Made by a program: the position numbers and the translations under genes. A DNA stretch of 64,000 bases from Fimicolochytrium jonesii (taxonomy: Eukaryota), in the NCBI RefSeq assembly GCF_025526975.1, contig NW_026515680.1, positions 620,001 through 684,000 of the forward strand, read 5' to 3'. The notes beneath the pieces were generated by a model that had not been told where the DNA came from, searched no databases, and worked only from the letters and a program-made list of their open reading frames with translations. Below, piece after piece: positions 36,001 to 48,768 of the stretch (position 1 is its first letter; the number at the start of each line of letters is the position of its first letter).

Positions 36001-38551
36001 TCTTCAGCACATAGGCGTCCGGGACGCATCGTGAAACACCCACCGACGAACGTGCACTTATCAACGCTGAAACTGCTGCCTGAGCCCAGCTCTAGGAGCG
36101 ATGCGCCCCTGCAGTGCTGGAACGAGGATGCTTCCAATTGGAGAGTGGATAAGGAACCAGAGAAGATCGTGTTCGCTAGCCCCTCGAAAGTGACCCCTTG
36201 GATCAACGTAGTCGGCCAATCCTGATCGGTTTCTGACCGTTCTAATCTGAATAGCGGTTCGCCGGATGAAAGACCTAGCGAAAACCAAAATTAGCATTTG
36301 CATGGCATTTCAATCATATGGCCTGCGAAAAGTGCGTTACTTACGGGCGAGAATCGTGTCTGTAATCGTCAGATCACCCATCTCGAAAACATGGAAGCAA
36401 TGCGCTGCACATCTTTGATCTTCCGAGAGCATGTCAGTCAGAAAGAGGTTTGCAAAATCCGTATCCCGAATTCACACAAGAACCAACCATCGATCGTCAC
36501 AGAATCCAGAACAGCCTTCGACGTGCCATTCAATTGCAAGATGGCTGTCGTCACGTTGATATGAAGATCAGTTGTGATCTTCGAATTGGTTAAAATGAGC
36601 ACTCCCTTTGACGTTATTGCGAACAAATATGGCATCGCAGGGCTTCCCGGGAGCACCGCCTGGTTATCTACGTAGCATTGCATCAGCGACGGGTCGTCAT
36701 GCAGCCACCCTTCGTCACCGAACTTACTGGTCATTAGCGCGTCGTCGATCGTGAGCGTTCCGAGCACGTTCGTTTGCCCGACATTTCCTACGGACGTGAT
36801 GAACGGAATGCCACCCGAATAGTCGTTCATGCTTGCCAACGTACCAGATGAAACGAAGTTTGATATCTCGACCGTCGCCAAACTTCCAATGAATATCAAG
36901 TCCGTCGGTACGGGTAGGATCGCATCCATGAAGTTTGAATACACCGGTTGAGCGCCAGGGAAGTTTACCGTACTATCTGACATGTTGGGGGCATGAGATG
37001 AGCGCTGGTTTCCACTAGCGAGAAGCAATCAGTTTAGAGAAGGCTCCTACCGACGATGGATAAGCCATTGATGATATTCGTGCCGCGCCTTATGTCTAGC
37101 ACACGCCCGCTCCAGCCTAATTGTACGATGATCAGCACCAGGGAAACAGCAGACGGATCAGTTCCATCGTCGTTTGAGTACCTTTGATTGTCACCGCTGA
37201 CAAGGATCCCCCTTCCGATGACTGCATGCTCAGCACAGAACTGCACCAATGCTTGGGGTTCGACAAATCGTTCTTTTCGATGTGCACATTGGTCAGGGTT
37301 GTCTGACCGGATCCGGCTGTTTGCTGACGGTGGGACGTAGATTAGATACACAAGATGCGTAGGATGACTTCCGGAAGAACGATCCACTCACAGTGATCAC
37401 CGAAGCACCCTCCAGACATAGGCTAAGAGTCGGCAGGCAGGGTCAGCTCAACATTTCGGTCGCCGCGGTCCGTGAATCGACAGCAAACGTGGCCTTACGG
37501 ATCTAAATGGCCAGTTAAACCGGGTTGGGGAAGAGAGACCCTAAAACCCTATCACATGATATACAACTCACTTATGATGACAATATTTGTCAAATCGGTG
37601 GATACGGTTCCGGATCGCGCTTGAAAGATGGAGGGGCCTAGGATAGGTTAGGACTTGCGAATCCAATGCTGCCTAATGTGAGGTGCATCGGCTTGGGCGT
37701 ACCTTTAAAGTATAGATCGCTAATGAATACCATAGCGTTCGGGAGGGTTGGGTAGTAAAAGACGCCTGCGAGGTGCATGCATTTCAAGTTAGATCAACCC
37801 GGCAGATTCATCCGTAGGTTGGCACCTAGCTTACCTTGCAAAACTTTGCAGCCAGTGTACGTGACGGTATCTGACAAATACACGAACCAGTCCAAATACA
37901 CGAACCAGTCCAGTTCGAGTTTAAGGGACAGAACATCGACCATGCTGTCGAAGTCGGGTTGGGGGCCCCCTGCGTCGTGTATTTAGAATTTTTGAATTAT
38001 AGGAATCGTAAGATGGCTTCCACTTCCATGTCATGCTGTGATATACCAGCGAAAGTGACATTGTCAAACGTCAGAGACACCTCCAACTCGGGGTTGCTGA
38101 ACATAAATAAGAAGGTGGAGGGATCGGAGGATTGCTCAGGCAGCCCGAAAACGACGTTCGAGAATGCAATGGAAGGATCGTCGCCAATGATCGACATTTG
38201 AACCACGGAACCCTCTACCAAAGGGCCGCGCACGATCTTCGGCCCGCCGAGCACATTCCAAGACTCTTCCGTTCCTTGAATCGCCAAATTGACGGACAAA
38301 CCATACTCGGCTTGATTCAAAGGATAGTCTCCGGGGGAGATGAGGTGAATTCGTTTGTGGCCTCCATTGGGGCCGAGCAGAGCTTGATTTATGGCATCGT
38401 CCAGCGTCCCCCAAGGGTTTGATTGCGTTCCATTCCCGCGAGACTCAGGTGCATTGCGGTCCACGTAGATGTCGATGTCGCCTCGAACTACAGGTAGAAG
38501 CGACACGCACAGAAGCGCAACCAACGTAACACACAAACTTCTGCGTTGCAT
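33057..38551 (-). CDS. Divergent class C GPCR-like receptor: signal peptide, right-handed beta-helix ectodomain, EGF-like, SEA-like stalk, 7TM, PH-like tail (many exons)
   Basis: Signal peptide MQRRSLCVTLVALLCVSLL; YVD...GNGTQSNPWGTLDDAI; F..NTA..GGA(I/L/W)(Y/F) repeats; EGF-like CSLGCSSTAGVCVSDGNCTC. The spliced TM2-TM4 read VLALGLICLFALP...SCRVQIWMLP...LMLKSWGHY, and TM5-7 lie in ORF 33286-33960. The tail ends ...ESQRALEEWVRKL. Confidence 0.8.
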
Positions 38552-38962
38552 GTCGAGGTGTCTAGAAAACTCAGTAAGGCGGCTAGTTTGAGGTTTGTAC
38601 TTGTATGTCCAAGACGGCATCCAGGGTTTGCTCCCTTGCAATCGGCAGACGGATTATGGGAGGGAAAGGTACAGGGCAGGGAGCTTATCTTCCTGGACTT
38701 CTGTTTTCAACATAGTTCAAAGCTCCGACAATGCCTTGCGTCGGCCATTGTTTCGATGACTTGAAAGCATCGACAGAAATCGACAGCGCGTTTGTGGAAT
38801 GTTCCATGTCTCCCAAATGGGAACCGTAAACGAATTACAGAACGGCTTACTTGAATGTACTCCGTCCTCCCCAGCAGAGCTCGCTCGGCCCGCATAGTTC
38901 TCGATGACCGCGTCTAAAAGGCAAATGGGAAATATGTTAAGCGTACGACTGCAGAGGCACCA

Positions 38963-39061
38963 GGATTCGTTTTGGACTGCCTTTTTACTTACCCCGGATT
39001 CGTTTTGGACTGCCTTTTTACTTACCCCGAATTGTTTGGGACTGCCTTTTTACTTACCCCC
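38963..39061. repeat. 33-bp tandem repeat x3 in the shared promoter region
   Basis: GGATTCGTTTTGGACTGCCTTTTTACTTACCCC twice, plus a diverged third copy. Confidence 0.92.
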
Positions 39062-39104
39062 TGACAATTCCACCTCCATCTGCCAGACAAAGCGACACTT
39101 TACA

Positions 39105-42100
39105 ATGTACAACGGCACTACAGCGCTGAGTGTGCTTTGCGTTCTATACCTGCTTGCATGCCCGGTTCTTGGTGAGTGCATATTGGATGTGCCGGCGATC
39201 CGGGTTGACACTAATCGACGTCCCAATGGCATCCGCAGGGATTGACGTGAACCTTCTGGTGGATGGGACCCTGTCGGCGGATGCGCCGCCCTCGTTTATG
39301 AGCATCGGAAACGGTAAGAGTCGGCCCCGCCACCGCATAAGAGTTGAGACTACCTGTCATTGACATTTGCATCCTGACAGCTTGGGAGTACGCAATAGCT
39401 CAGGCGAAAGCGCAACAACCAACAAATCCGACCATCACATTAACCTTCCGTCCGGGCTCCTACCAGATCCCACTAAACAGTACATCAGCCGAGAGACAGT
39501 TTGGAAATTGCACGCTCAGACATGTGGCCGAAACGCCGGGAACCGTGAGTCTGATTGCGCCGTTCCGCCAAGCGCGCCAGGACGCTATATCGACGATCAC
39601 CAGCCTGAGCGAATCGAAGTGGGGCAAAAACACTACGTTGGAGTTCACTGGCCTCACGGTATCCGTCCCGGATACGAAGCTCTTTGCGTTCAAGCTTGAA
39701 GGCCTTAATGCCCGTTTGAACATCACAGACTGTACCTTCATTGGTAACGTAGACGCTGGAACGCAATTTCATGCGAACGTCAACTTCTGCAATAATTGCG
39801 GCGCTTACATTCGAGATCGAACACTCTGCAGGAGGCGGGAACTACTCGCGAGCCTATTTTCGTGTTGGATCACCAGACATCGCTCGTCAGGCTAGTCTGA
39901 TTGTGACTCGATCCGTCTTCCGGAGTAAGTCACGCGATACAGGTTCCCCTCCAATTTCGAGATCGATCATCACTGACTAATGAGGAATCAGACATTCAGC
40001 AGGACATCGCAGTATACGGTTATACAAGCGTTACTGTGAAGGGAGGCGGGACCGACACCGGCTACAGATGGTTTAATACGCTTTTCAGGGCGGAGGCTGG
40101 AAACGTAACCATTGAAGATTGGACAGTCACCGGAAATGGCGACTCGGCGGCACCCCTAGTGTCTGTTCTGCAACACAATCAGACGCCAGGAAGGAGGGAG
40201 GCAGCTTTCTGGTATTCTGGATTAATTATGAGGAATGTGCTCATCAAAGGAACGAATTTCGGAGGGCCCGCCTTTCGGTTTGAAGCAGGCTACATTCGTC
40301 TGTTCAATGTAACTATCAGCGATTGTACCACGTTCGGCGGGATTGTCGGCACCACCCGCCTCTTGCAAAGATCCCTCATGCGGATTTATGCTGACACGAA
40401 GGTCACCATTGACGGAATGCGTGTCACAAGTAAGAAGGGAGGAGAGGTTCCAAATAAGTTCATTCTGAAAAAGACTCTCTCTCTGCCAGACACTAGCTTG
40501 GAGACCGGGGTCGACTTTTGGCAATCAATGATATCGATGGCCATGACGAATTCATACTTTGGAGGTAGTTTTGCGGCATCGCCGGGACATCAGTGGGCGC
40601 GATCTAGACACCCGCACTTCGATCTTACAGGGAATACGTTCCAAAGATGCTTCGACACCACGGAGAACACCCGGATCAACCTGACCGGGGTCACGTTTGG
40701 TGAGCGGCGATTGTCCCTATTGCTCGTCTATTGCGCATGACATTAATCCCTTCCAATCCCGTCTCTCCCATGTGGCAGAACGAAACAACTGCAACTTCAT
40801 GCTAATGTCCAACACGACCACACACATCGAGAATTCAGCGTTTATAGGTGCGCGACCGATAAGAGTCCCGGTGCATAGCCTCGTCATCCTGCGTCTGACT
40901 CTCAGGAATGAATTGTACAGACAACACATACGCAACCGGATCGCCCTTCTTTGATATATCGGCATCGGAATTCGTCGCCACGAACAGCACTTTCACCGGT
41001 GCGTAATACGGTCCTGCTTCCCTGTTCCTTGATCACCAAGCACATGCTCAACAGATTTGTATCATCCCAGGCAACCAAATCGGACGTAACTCCATGTTTT
41101 CTGTCAAGGAGCGCTCTTCACTGATACTCGCCGGGTCCGATATCGCCAACACCTACGCATTTCGGAGCGTGCTGTCCACAGACGCCTCGAGTGCTGTCGA
41201 GATCAAGTCCACGATCTTTCGTCGAAATGTCGCAGACCTCCGCGATTTGGTGAGCCTCAACTATGCTGGGAACATCAATGTCTCGGACAGCTCCTTCCTC
41301 GGTGAGTATCCCGGCCTCTCATTCCAGCCGTTGTGATCCTTAGGCTGATGGCTTCTGCTACCCCAGGAAACAAGGCACTGAGTGGAAACCTGATCAGAGT
41401 AGCAGCCGGTACAGGCCTAACGCTCAAGCGCTCCACATTTACCGCCAACGCCGGCTCCATCTCCATCGACGCTAGCGGCACCTTACGAATCCGAGATAGC
41501 ACATTGGAGAGCAACGGCCCGGCCCCGATCCTCTATTCCGAAGGCAGTCTAACCATCTCCGGCTCTACATTAACGAACAACTCGAGTCCCAACGGCGGAG
41601 CGATTTTGCATGTGCCCAAGAAGCAGAACGAGTACCTGATGGTTGATAGCACGGCTTTCGTCTCGAATGCGGCGGACGGCGATGGCGGGGCAATATATGT
41701 TGACGCGAGTGATTTTGATCCGTTGGTGTATAGCAATGTCACGTTTACGAACAACACGGCGAAGAGAGGAGGAGCAGTGTTCCAGTTGCAGAGCCAGTGG
41801 GCTAATGTCGGGTTCAACACGTCCGCGGGTTTGCGGATGACGAATAATGTCGCTGCGTGGCAAGGTACTTCCGTGCGACCCACGTGGAAGTTCTCGGGGA
41901 CATGAATCGAGGTCAAGATTGACGTCGAGACGCACGGATTTGGAACTTACGCTTTGCTCATCTCCCACGCAGGGAACGATCTGGCAACAGGAATCGCGTC
42001 CCTCGTTGTGGTCAACAAAACATCCTTCTCAAGCTTATCAGGCGCCTACCTGGACGACATCACTGTACGCGCTTTAGACGGTGAGTGTCTTCCGACCCAT

Positions 42101-44705
42101 CCAATACGCACCACCTCGGAATAACCGAACCATTTCACCAGCCTACGGCAACACCTTCCGCTCCCCCCGTTCCGCCATGCTCAAAATCGCCCTCACCCTC
42201 AACGGCACCGGCACCCTTGTCGGCTCCACATCCGGTTTCATCCTCACGGGCGAGGCTACTTTCAGCCGTCTGCAGCTGTACGCACCGGTTGGAAGCCAGA
42301 CGCTGCACGTGAAGCCCACAAGCGCGTCGTACGATCCGGAGCTGTACCACGCGGCCGTGACGCTGAATACGCTGCCGTGCGCGACGAAGGGGATGGAGGA
42401 GAAGGTGGTGGAGGCGAGTCCGTGGGCGGCGTGTGTGCTGTCGGTGTGTGCGGGCGGGTGTTTGTCGGATTATGGGTATTGTCGGGATAACTTCTGCATA
42501 TGCACGGCGGCGGATCGTGAAGGTTGGTTCAGCGTCGTGAGCTTTGAGACCTGAGTCCGCAACGTCCTCGGACTGATGGCCACTGCCTGACCAACCCCAA
42601 TAGGGATCAACTGTGGCCTCAAAAAAGGCAGCCGCGACGCCGTCAGCCTAACCCTCCCCTCCACCTGGGTCCCCAACGCCGTAAACCGAGACAAACTCCT
42701 ATCCTCCATCACAGCCAGCCTGAACGGGACAGCTACGGCCGAGTTCCGCTCCTACACCAGCACCCAATCCGCCAACAGCACGATTCAACGACGCGGCACA
42801 TCCACTAATGTCTTTACATTCGCCCTGCTTGATACGCGCGGGCAGTATATCGAGAGCAAAGCGCTGGCGACGTACGGTGCCGCTACCGTCAATGCGCTTC
42901 CGGGAGTTGTGAGTGGGAGCGTGAGCGTGAACACGGTGGAGTCACCCAAGGTCGTAGTGGCGAGCAGGGATGCTGTCAGTATCGTCTTCATGGTACTTGC
43001 GGCGGTATCCATCGCCACGTCAGTTGCGATTTCTGTGTTCTTGGTGGTGTATCGTGATGATAAGGCGTAAGTTCTGGGTAGTGTGACCACTCAATCGTCT
43101 TCACATACTCATGATCTCTTCCTCCCTGCAGAGTCAAAGCGTCGTCAATCCTTTTCAGCCAACAGATCATCTTTGGCGTCACGCTTGGCTACGCTCTGAT
43201 TTTTCTCGATATCGGCGAGCCAACGAAGGCGACCTGCATTTCACAAGTATGGGTTGGCGGGCTTGCTTTTACACTCGCTGTCGGGTGAGTGTTGGTAGCC
43301 GAAGGGCGGTGCCATTTTCCAAAATCATTGGTTGATCATGGGTGTGCAATCTGGGGCGTTATCAGAAACCTCATCGGCAAAAACTGGCGCATCTACAAGA
43401 TCTTCACGACGACGGGCAAGTCTAAGGCGGTGAAGGACAAAGATGTACTGATCCTCGTCATGGGAATCATGCTTTTGGAAATCGTAAGCTAGGATGCTTA
43501 CTCTCACGCGCGATGTCGTTCCGAAAACCTGCTGACAGGTCTTCATTTGCATAGGCCATCGACGCGATATGGACAGGACTAGCCCCACTCGAGCCAGTAC
43601 GTGCTCACTCCCATTCTCCAGCCTCAACATCGTTTCTCAACACTAACATCCCACCGCAACCAGGTGCTAAAATCTAACGACTCAAGCCGATTCTACATGT
43701 GCGACTCCGATGCGGCGGCAAACTCGGCCATGACGATTATTGCGCTGACCTACAAAGTGATTCTTTTGCTCATCGTCTGCGGGCTGGCGTTTCTGACGCG
43801 AGGCGTGGATGTGCTGTATAGCGAGAGCAAGGCCATTGGGGTGTCTTCATGTAAGTGTGATGTCCGGTTCTCGATCCTCATTTATCCCTGCTTGACGGAT
43901 CTCCTCACCCCTTTCTACAGATACGATGCTCCTATCCGGCCTAATCATCATCCCCCTCGTCTTCCTCCCCCAAACAACCTCCAAATCCTCCTTCTACCTC
44001 AAATCAACCGGTATCCTCATCTCAGGCCTCGTAACAACCTTCTCCCTCTTCTGGCCCAAACTCTGGCTCGCCGTCTTCACCGACATGACTACACGGAGCA
44101 TTTCCCGAACGTCCAAGCGGCGCGGGAGCAGGAAAGCGCGATCGCAGACGGGCGGCGGGCAGAGAGGGTCGATTATCTCGGGGGAGAGCGCGCGGTCCGG
44201 CAGCACCACGCAGTACCAGGGGCAGCCGACGGAGGAGGATACGAGGGTTGTGCAGACGCCGGCGGACTGCTCGTTGTATGTGAGGAGTGGGCTTGTGGGG
44301 AGGTTTCAGGCGGGCGAGATTTGGATGGATATCGAGACGAATATTATTTTCGTTTGGCGGGTGTCAAAGGAGGGGGTAAGTGGCTATGGATGCTTCCTTG
44401 TTTTGGAGGAACGAATCAACCACATCTCATCTCATCCACTCTTCTCTTCTCTTCAGACGCGGGGAGATATCCCAACTTCAGGCGTATCCTTCCGCCTACA
44501 ACATCTGAAACTCTGCAGCTGGGACCAATCCGACAACTTCCTGCTACTCCAAGCCGGCGAAAACAGCTTACAGCTGACGTTCGCCAAGAGTGGGGTACTG
44601 CGTTCGTACGTGGCCGAGATTCAGGCGCGGATTGGTGAGTTTGAACTTTCGCAAGTGGGGATAGTGACGGCCAAAGCTGACCCAAAGATTTCATTTGCGT
44701 TTTGA
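39105..44705 (+). CDS. Class C (GABA-B/7tm_3-like) GPCR with beta-helix ectodomain, EGF-like, SEA-like stalk and PH-like tail (many exons)
   Basis: Signal peptide; NGGAI/DGGAIY/RGGAVF repeats; EGF-like CAGGCLSDYGYCRDNFCIC. The 7TM carries VKASSILF, TCISQVWVGGLAFTL, KNWRIYKIF, LAFLTRGV...YSESKAIG and FWPKL, all hallmark class C motifs. Confidence 0.9.
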
Positions 44706-45137
44706 AGCCAAGGCGGGCGGCACAGGTACGGTGACAGCCTCTCAGCGACCCATGAGTTTCATCCAAGGAATGATGACCACCCGGGGCGGGTAGGGATTGA
44801 AGTCTTTATGTACTGTACATATGCAGGTCCGAGTCTACAATGGAGGACCGATTTGGGCTGTTTTGACGGACGACCGTGAAGTCGGGTGCCCTGATATACA
44901 GTATTCGTTCTGCCCAGCTGTTGCGAGCAGTCGTCGTCCCGGGGGGGAGGGGGGGTGGGGGGGGGGGGGGGGGGGGAAGATGTCGGGGCAGGGTTAAGCC
45001 TATTAAGCAGGTTGAAGCCGGTTGATAAGCCAGCTCGGAAGAAGGCAACCCTAACCGCCCGCGTCGCAAAAACGACCGACTTCCTGGCTCGTCGCAACCT
45101 TCGATCCCACCCACATCACACCCAACCCCCGGACGCA

Positions 45138-45944
45138 ATGTCATTCATCCTCCCCCTAACCTCCGGCCTGCTCGCTGGAACTGTCATATACCACCTGTTC
45201 CAAAGCAGGATCCGCAACGACTCCACTTATGCCGCGCAGGCCTTTGCAGAGATGCGGAGGGAACTTGAGCTTGTTTTGCCACCTGGGATTAGGGATGAGG
45301 TAGGGATTTGAGGGGATGGGAGTGGGAGTGGGGGGCGAGGAGGGGTGGGGATGGGGGGACGAGCGCTAGCGAGGGGATGCTTGACGGCCCAGCTTCAGCG
45401 TGGAAAATGCGGCGAGTGGTATTAACAATGGCTGCAAGTCCGAGCGTCAGCGAGCAAATGCGCAAGAATGCTTGAGGTTGCGAGTCCGGAGGAACGAGGG
45501 GGAGAAGCAGCACGAGCGACCATGAGAGCATACTGCGGCGAGCGATAGTGAGGCACAGGAGATGCTTGAGGCCAACCGATAGGGAGGGACTGCGCCGGAG
45601 GCATAGGAATGCTCTCGCTTCATCTTCGCCCCGACTCCTTGTCGCGAGCGAGTCTAAAGTCGTTTGCTTCCACCCTTCTCAATTCATTTCATTCACCGTC
45701 ACCATCCCTTTTCTCGCTCTCCCTGTCGTAGTCCGCGATAACCCCACCATCCACCCTCCTCTCCCCCCAACAAGAGACTCTCACCCCCTACAGCCACTTC
45801 TACCGCACGCCATCCGACAGCGTCTCCCTCTTGGGCTTCAGAGTGCCTACGTCGTCCGCATGGAGGAGGAAGAGCGAGGAAATGAAGAGTAATTGGAATC
45901 GGAGTGTGAAGGGGGTTGCGGAGTGGGTTTCGGGGCCTTATTAG
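45138..45944 (+). CDS. MICOS subunit Mic12/Mic13(QIL1)-like; exons 45138-45299 and 45732-45944
   Basis: N-terminal TM with GxxxG (SGLLAGTVIY) and C-terminal MKSNWNRSV carrying the WN motif. The phase-0 intron is 432 nt. Confidence 0.7.
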
Positions 45945-46761
45945 GGGGTGGGATTGTCAAGTTTAGGAGTGGGTATGGGATGAGGGAGGGATGAAAGTAG
46001 TGGAAGTGGAGAGTTGCGTATGGGGGGGAGAGCAAAGCGGCAAGCGATTACGGCGGTGGGACGTTGTGGCGCATCGTTCACCATGGTTCACCTCGATTGG
46101 ACATCCGCGGCGCCCCGGCCACCCTTTTTCGGCTTCGCACGTCCCTCTTCCGGTCATGTACGCCTTTGCATGTATATACACAATGGCATCGGGGCATCGA
46201 GTCCCGCCCTTTTCATTGAACCATTGTAAATCATAGTAGATGTCTCGCTAGGTACCTTTCCTTCAACCTGAGAATGAGATGTAGTGAAACGGACCTATTA
46301 AGAGCAGCTGTCAAAAAGCGAACTCCACCAACGCAAACTGAACACCACCAACGCTTGCAAACCAAACACCACCACAACTGTCTTTATTGTAACTCACAAG
46401 GGAAGGAAGTGAAAGGGAGGTTATCCGAGTTGATAACGAGAGCTGTTATCTATGTATATGTACTGTATATGCCACGGATGGGCACGTAGTGCGGGAACAA
46501 GCGAGTCAACTGAAAGATGCGACAAGGAACGAGAAATTCGACAGCTCGTCCCGCTTCCACGAGCTCTTACACGCGCGCGGTCTCACCCCACGCCGTGCTG
46601 GACGCTCAGCGCTCACATCCGGAAGGCCGGGATCTCTTGAGGGGGCCATATCGCGCTGCAGTAGCCAGGGGCTAGGACATTGCTTCTCCAAGTATGGGTC
46701 ACGAATACTTGACTAACGGACAGCACGAAATGCAACAGTCCCGTCGTTTCTGCACAAGCCG

Positions 46762-48768
46762 TCAACAATCTCCTATTCCCGCATCCAACCCCGAACCACG
46801 CTTATATCTCCTTCCTATCCTCTTCGCCCTCCACCTCTTTATCAACACCACTTCTTCGCTCAAGGTACACCCCGTCATTAAACTTCAAAACCTCATTCCC
46901 CCAACTCGTCCACCCCGGCAAAAGATTCCGCGCAAACAGTTCCAGCTTGCGTGCGGTCGCGGGGATGTAGGGTGTCAGCACGTCTGGTTGGATGATGGAA
47001 GACGGGGGATGTTAGGATCCATTCTTGATGGGTGGGTGGGAAGCAGTGTGGGAGAAGGTGAGCGTACCGTCTAGGAATGGTTTGCGGGAGTGGTATTTGC
47101 TGGGGACGGAGCAGATTGCGCGGCGGGCGGGGATGTCGATTGTGGGCTCCTCCTCCGGGTCGCCCGGTTTGCGGCCGATGATGAGCTGTAGTGAATTTCC
47201 GGAAGCGGGGGCGGATGTTAGCTACAACGATGTTTCAACCAATCCGGTGAGCGTACGTCGAGCCTTGGGGACAGGACACACTTACCACTTCATACGGCTT
47301 CCGGTGTAGGCTTTTCACACCAAAGGAGTAACGAAAAATCGTCCCAGTTAATACCCACGCATCCCAACCCATCACCCACACAACCCAGTCACCCCCCCAA
47401 CCTCACCTCCCCAACTCCAAAACCCACTCCCCGCCCCTCGTCACCTTCACCCAATACCACTCCGCCTCCACTCCAACCCCCCACGCCGGAAACAGCTTCT
47501 CCCGCACAAATGTTTGGTATTTGGGTTTATTGGTCACCCACACTGCGATCAGGGCGCCGGGGGCCAGGAGGGAGGGGAGGGGGAGGGTGAAGAGGGTGTA
47601 GATGTCGAGGGGGGTGTAGTGGGCGGATCTGGGGAACAGGTGGGAGCGGATGGGGGGATGGTTAGGTGGGGGTGATGTGGGAAGAAAAGGAAGGGACTGG
47701 GGTTTACCTGCGAACGCTCTTATTGGGCCATGCTGTAGAAGGACGGGATGGGAAAAAGAAAGGTGGGTGTCAAGGAGGATTTTCCGACTTTGTATCATAA
47801 CAAGCACGGAATGATTCAATACTGAACGTACGTGGATCCATAACAATACAATCAAACTGCCCCACTAACATCCAGAAACGAAACACACACATATTATTAT
47901 CCATATCCCCCAAAAAACCCCCCAAAAAGATACAATCCCCAAACATACATGTCCCCAACACCCGCCCACACCTCCCCAGATCCGACATACACATCACAGC
48001 CCCCCGCGGCACGACATATGTATGTCCAAACACTTCGAGCATGTACGTCCCTCCAGATGCGTTGCGGAGGATGGTGTTGAAGAGTTTGCTGGCGTCGTCC
48101 TGAATGTCTGTCATTGTCCGGGGGGTGTTAGCGGGGAATCGTGGGAGTGGGTCGATGCACGAGTTCTCCAATCGGGTACCGGAGAATGAAAGTTCCTCCA
48201 CGTCGCTGTCGAAATCACATCCCAAGCTTGCCAGGTCGCCGAACTTGACGAGATGTAGGTCCTGGAATCCATCTCCCGCGTCCCTGCTCGTATCCTCAGA
48301 TATCCCTTTGGTCCCAAGTGCCGATGTGGGGCCGCTCAACGCCTGCACAAGGGCTTTGCGGGCTTCTTCCAACCAGGCGAGGAGGTGTGGGTCGACGGTG
48401 TCCATTTGGGCGGGGTTTGGGTTCCGTTTGCGTTTTCGTGTGTTGGGGGGTGCGACGACGGGCGGTCCGGTATCCTCGTCCTCGTTTGGTGGTTCGTGGG
48501 CCGCGTCCTGGAAGTTCTCACCCGCATCGCCCATCCTACTCTCCCCGTCCCGTATCCCCATCCCCGCTCCACCCGTTGTTCCGTCCCCATCCATCTGCCC
48601 ATCCCGTCTCGCGTCCATCCCCACCTCCCCACCCAACGCCTCCCCAGCCCCTCGCTTAACATACGGCTCCATGACAGCAAACGCCGAAGCCGGCCACGCC
48701 CATCCGTCGCCTAGATCGTAGAGGTGTGGGTGAAGTGTCCAGCCGTAGTCTGTCGGAGGGGAGGCCAT
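46762..48768 (-). CDS. METTL4: MT-A70 family N6-adenine methyltransferase, METTL4-like (multi-exon)
   Basis: FDCIVMDPPW (split by an intron) followed by PNKSVR; IAVWVTNKPK; WYWVKVT..GE; KPYE; HSRKP; LELFARNL; GNEVLKF. Confidence 0.88.

Noticed and set aside
38963..39061. CRISPR-like 33-bp repeats
   Set aside because: The copies are contiguous with no spacers, there are no cas genes, and the context is eukaryotic.
35257..41905. Bacterial autotransporter/Pmp genes acquired by horizontal transfer or contamination
   Set aside because: The GGAI repeats lie in intron-rich genes that continue into 7TM domains; there is no beta-barrel.
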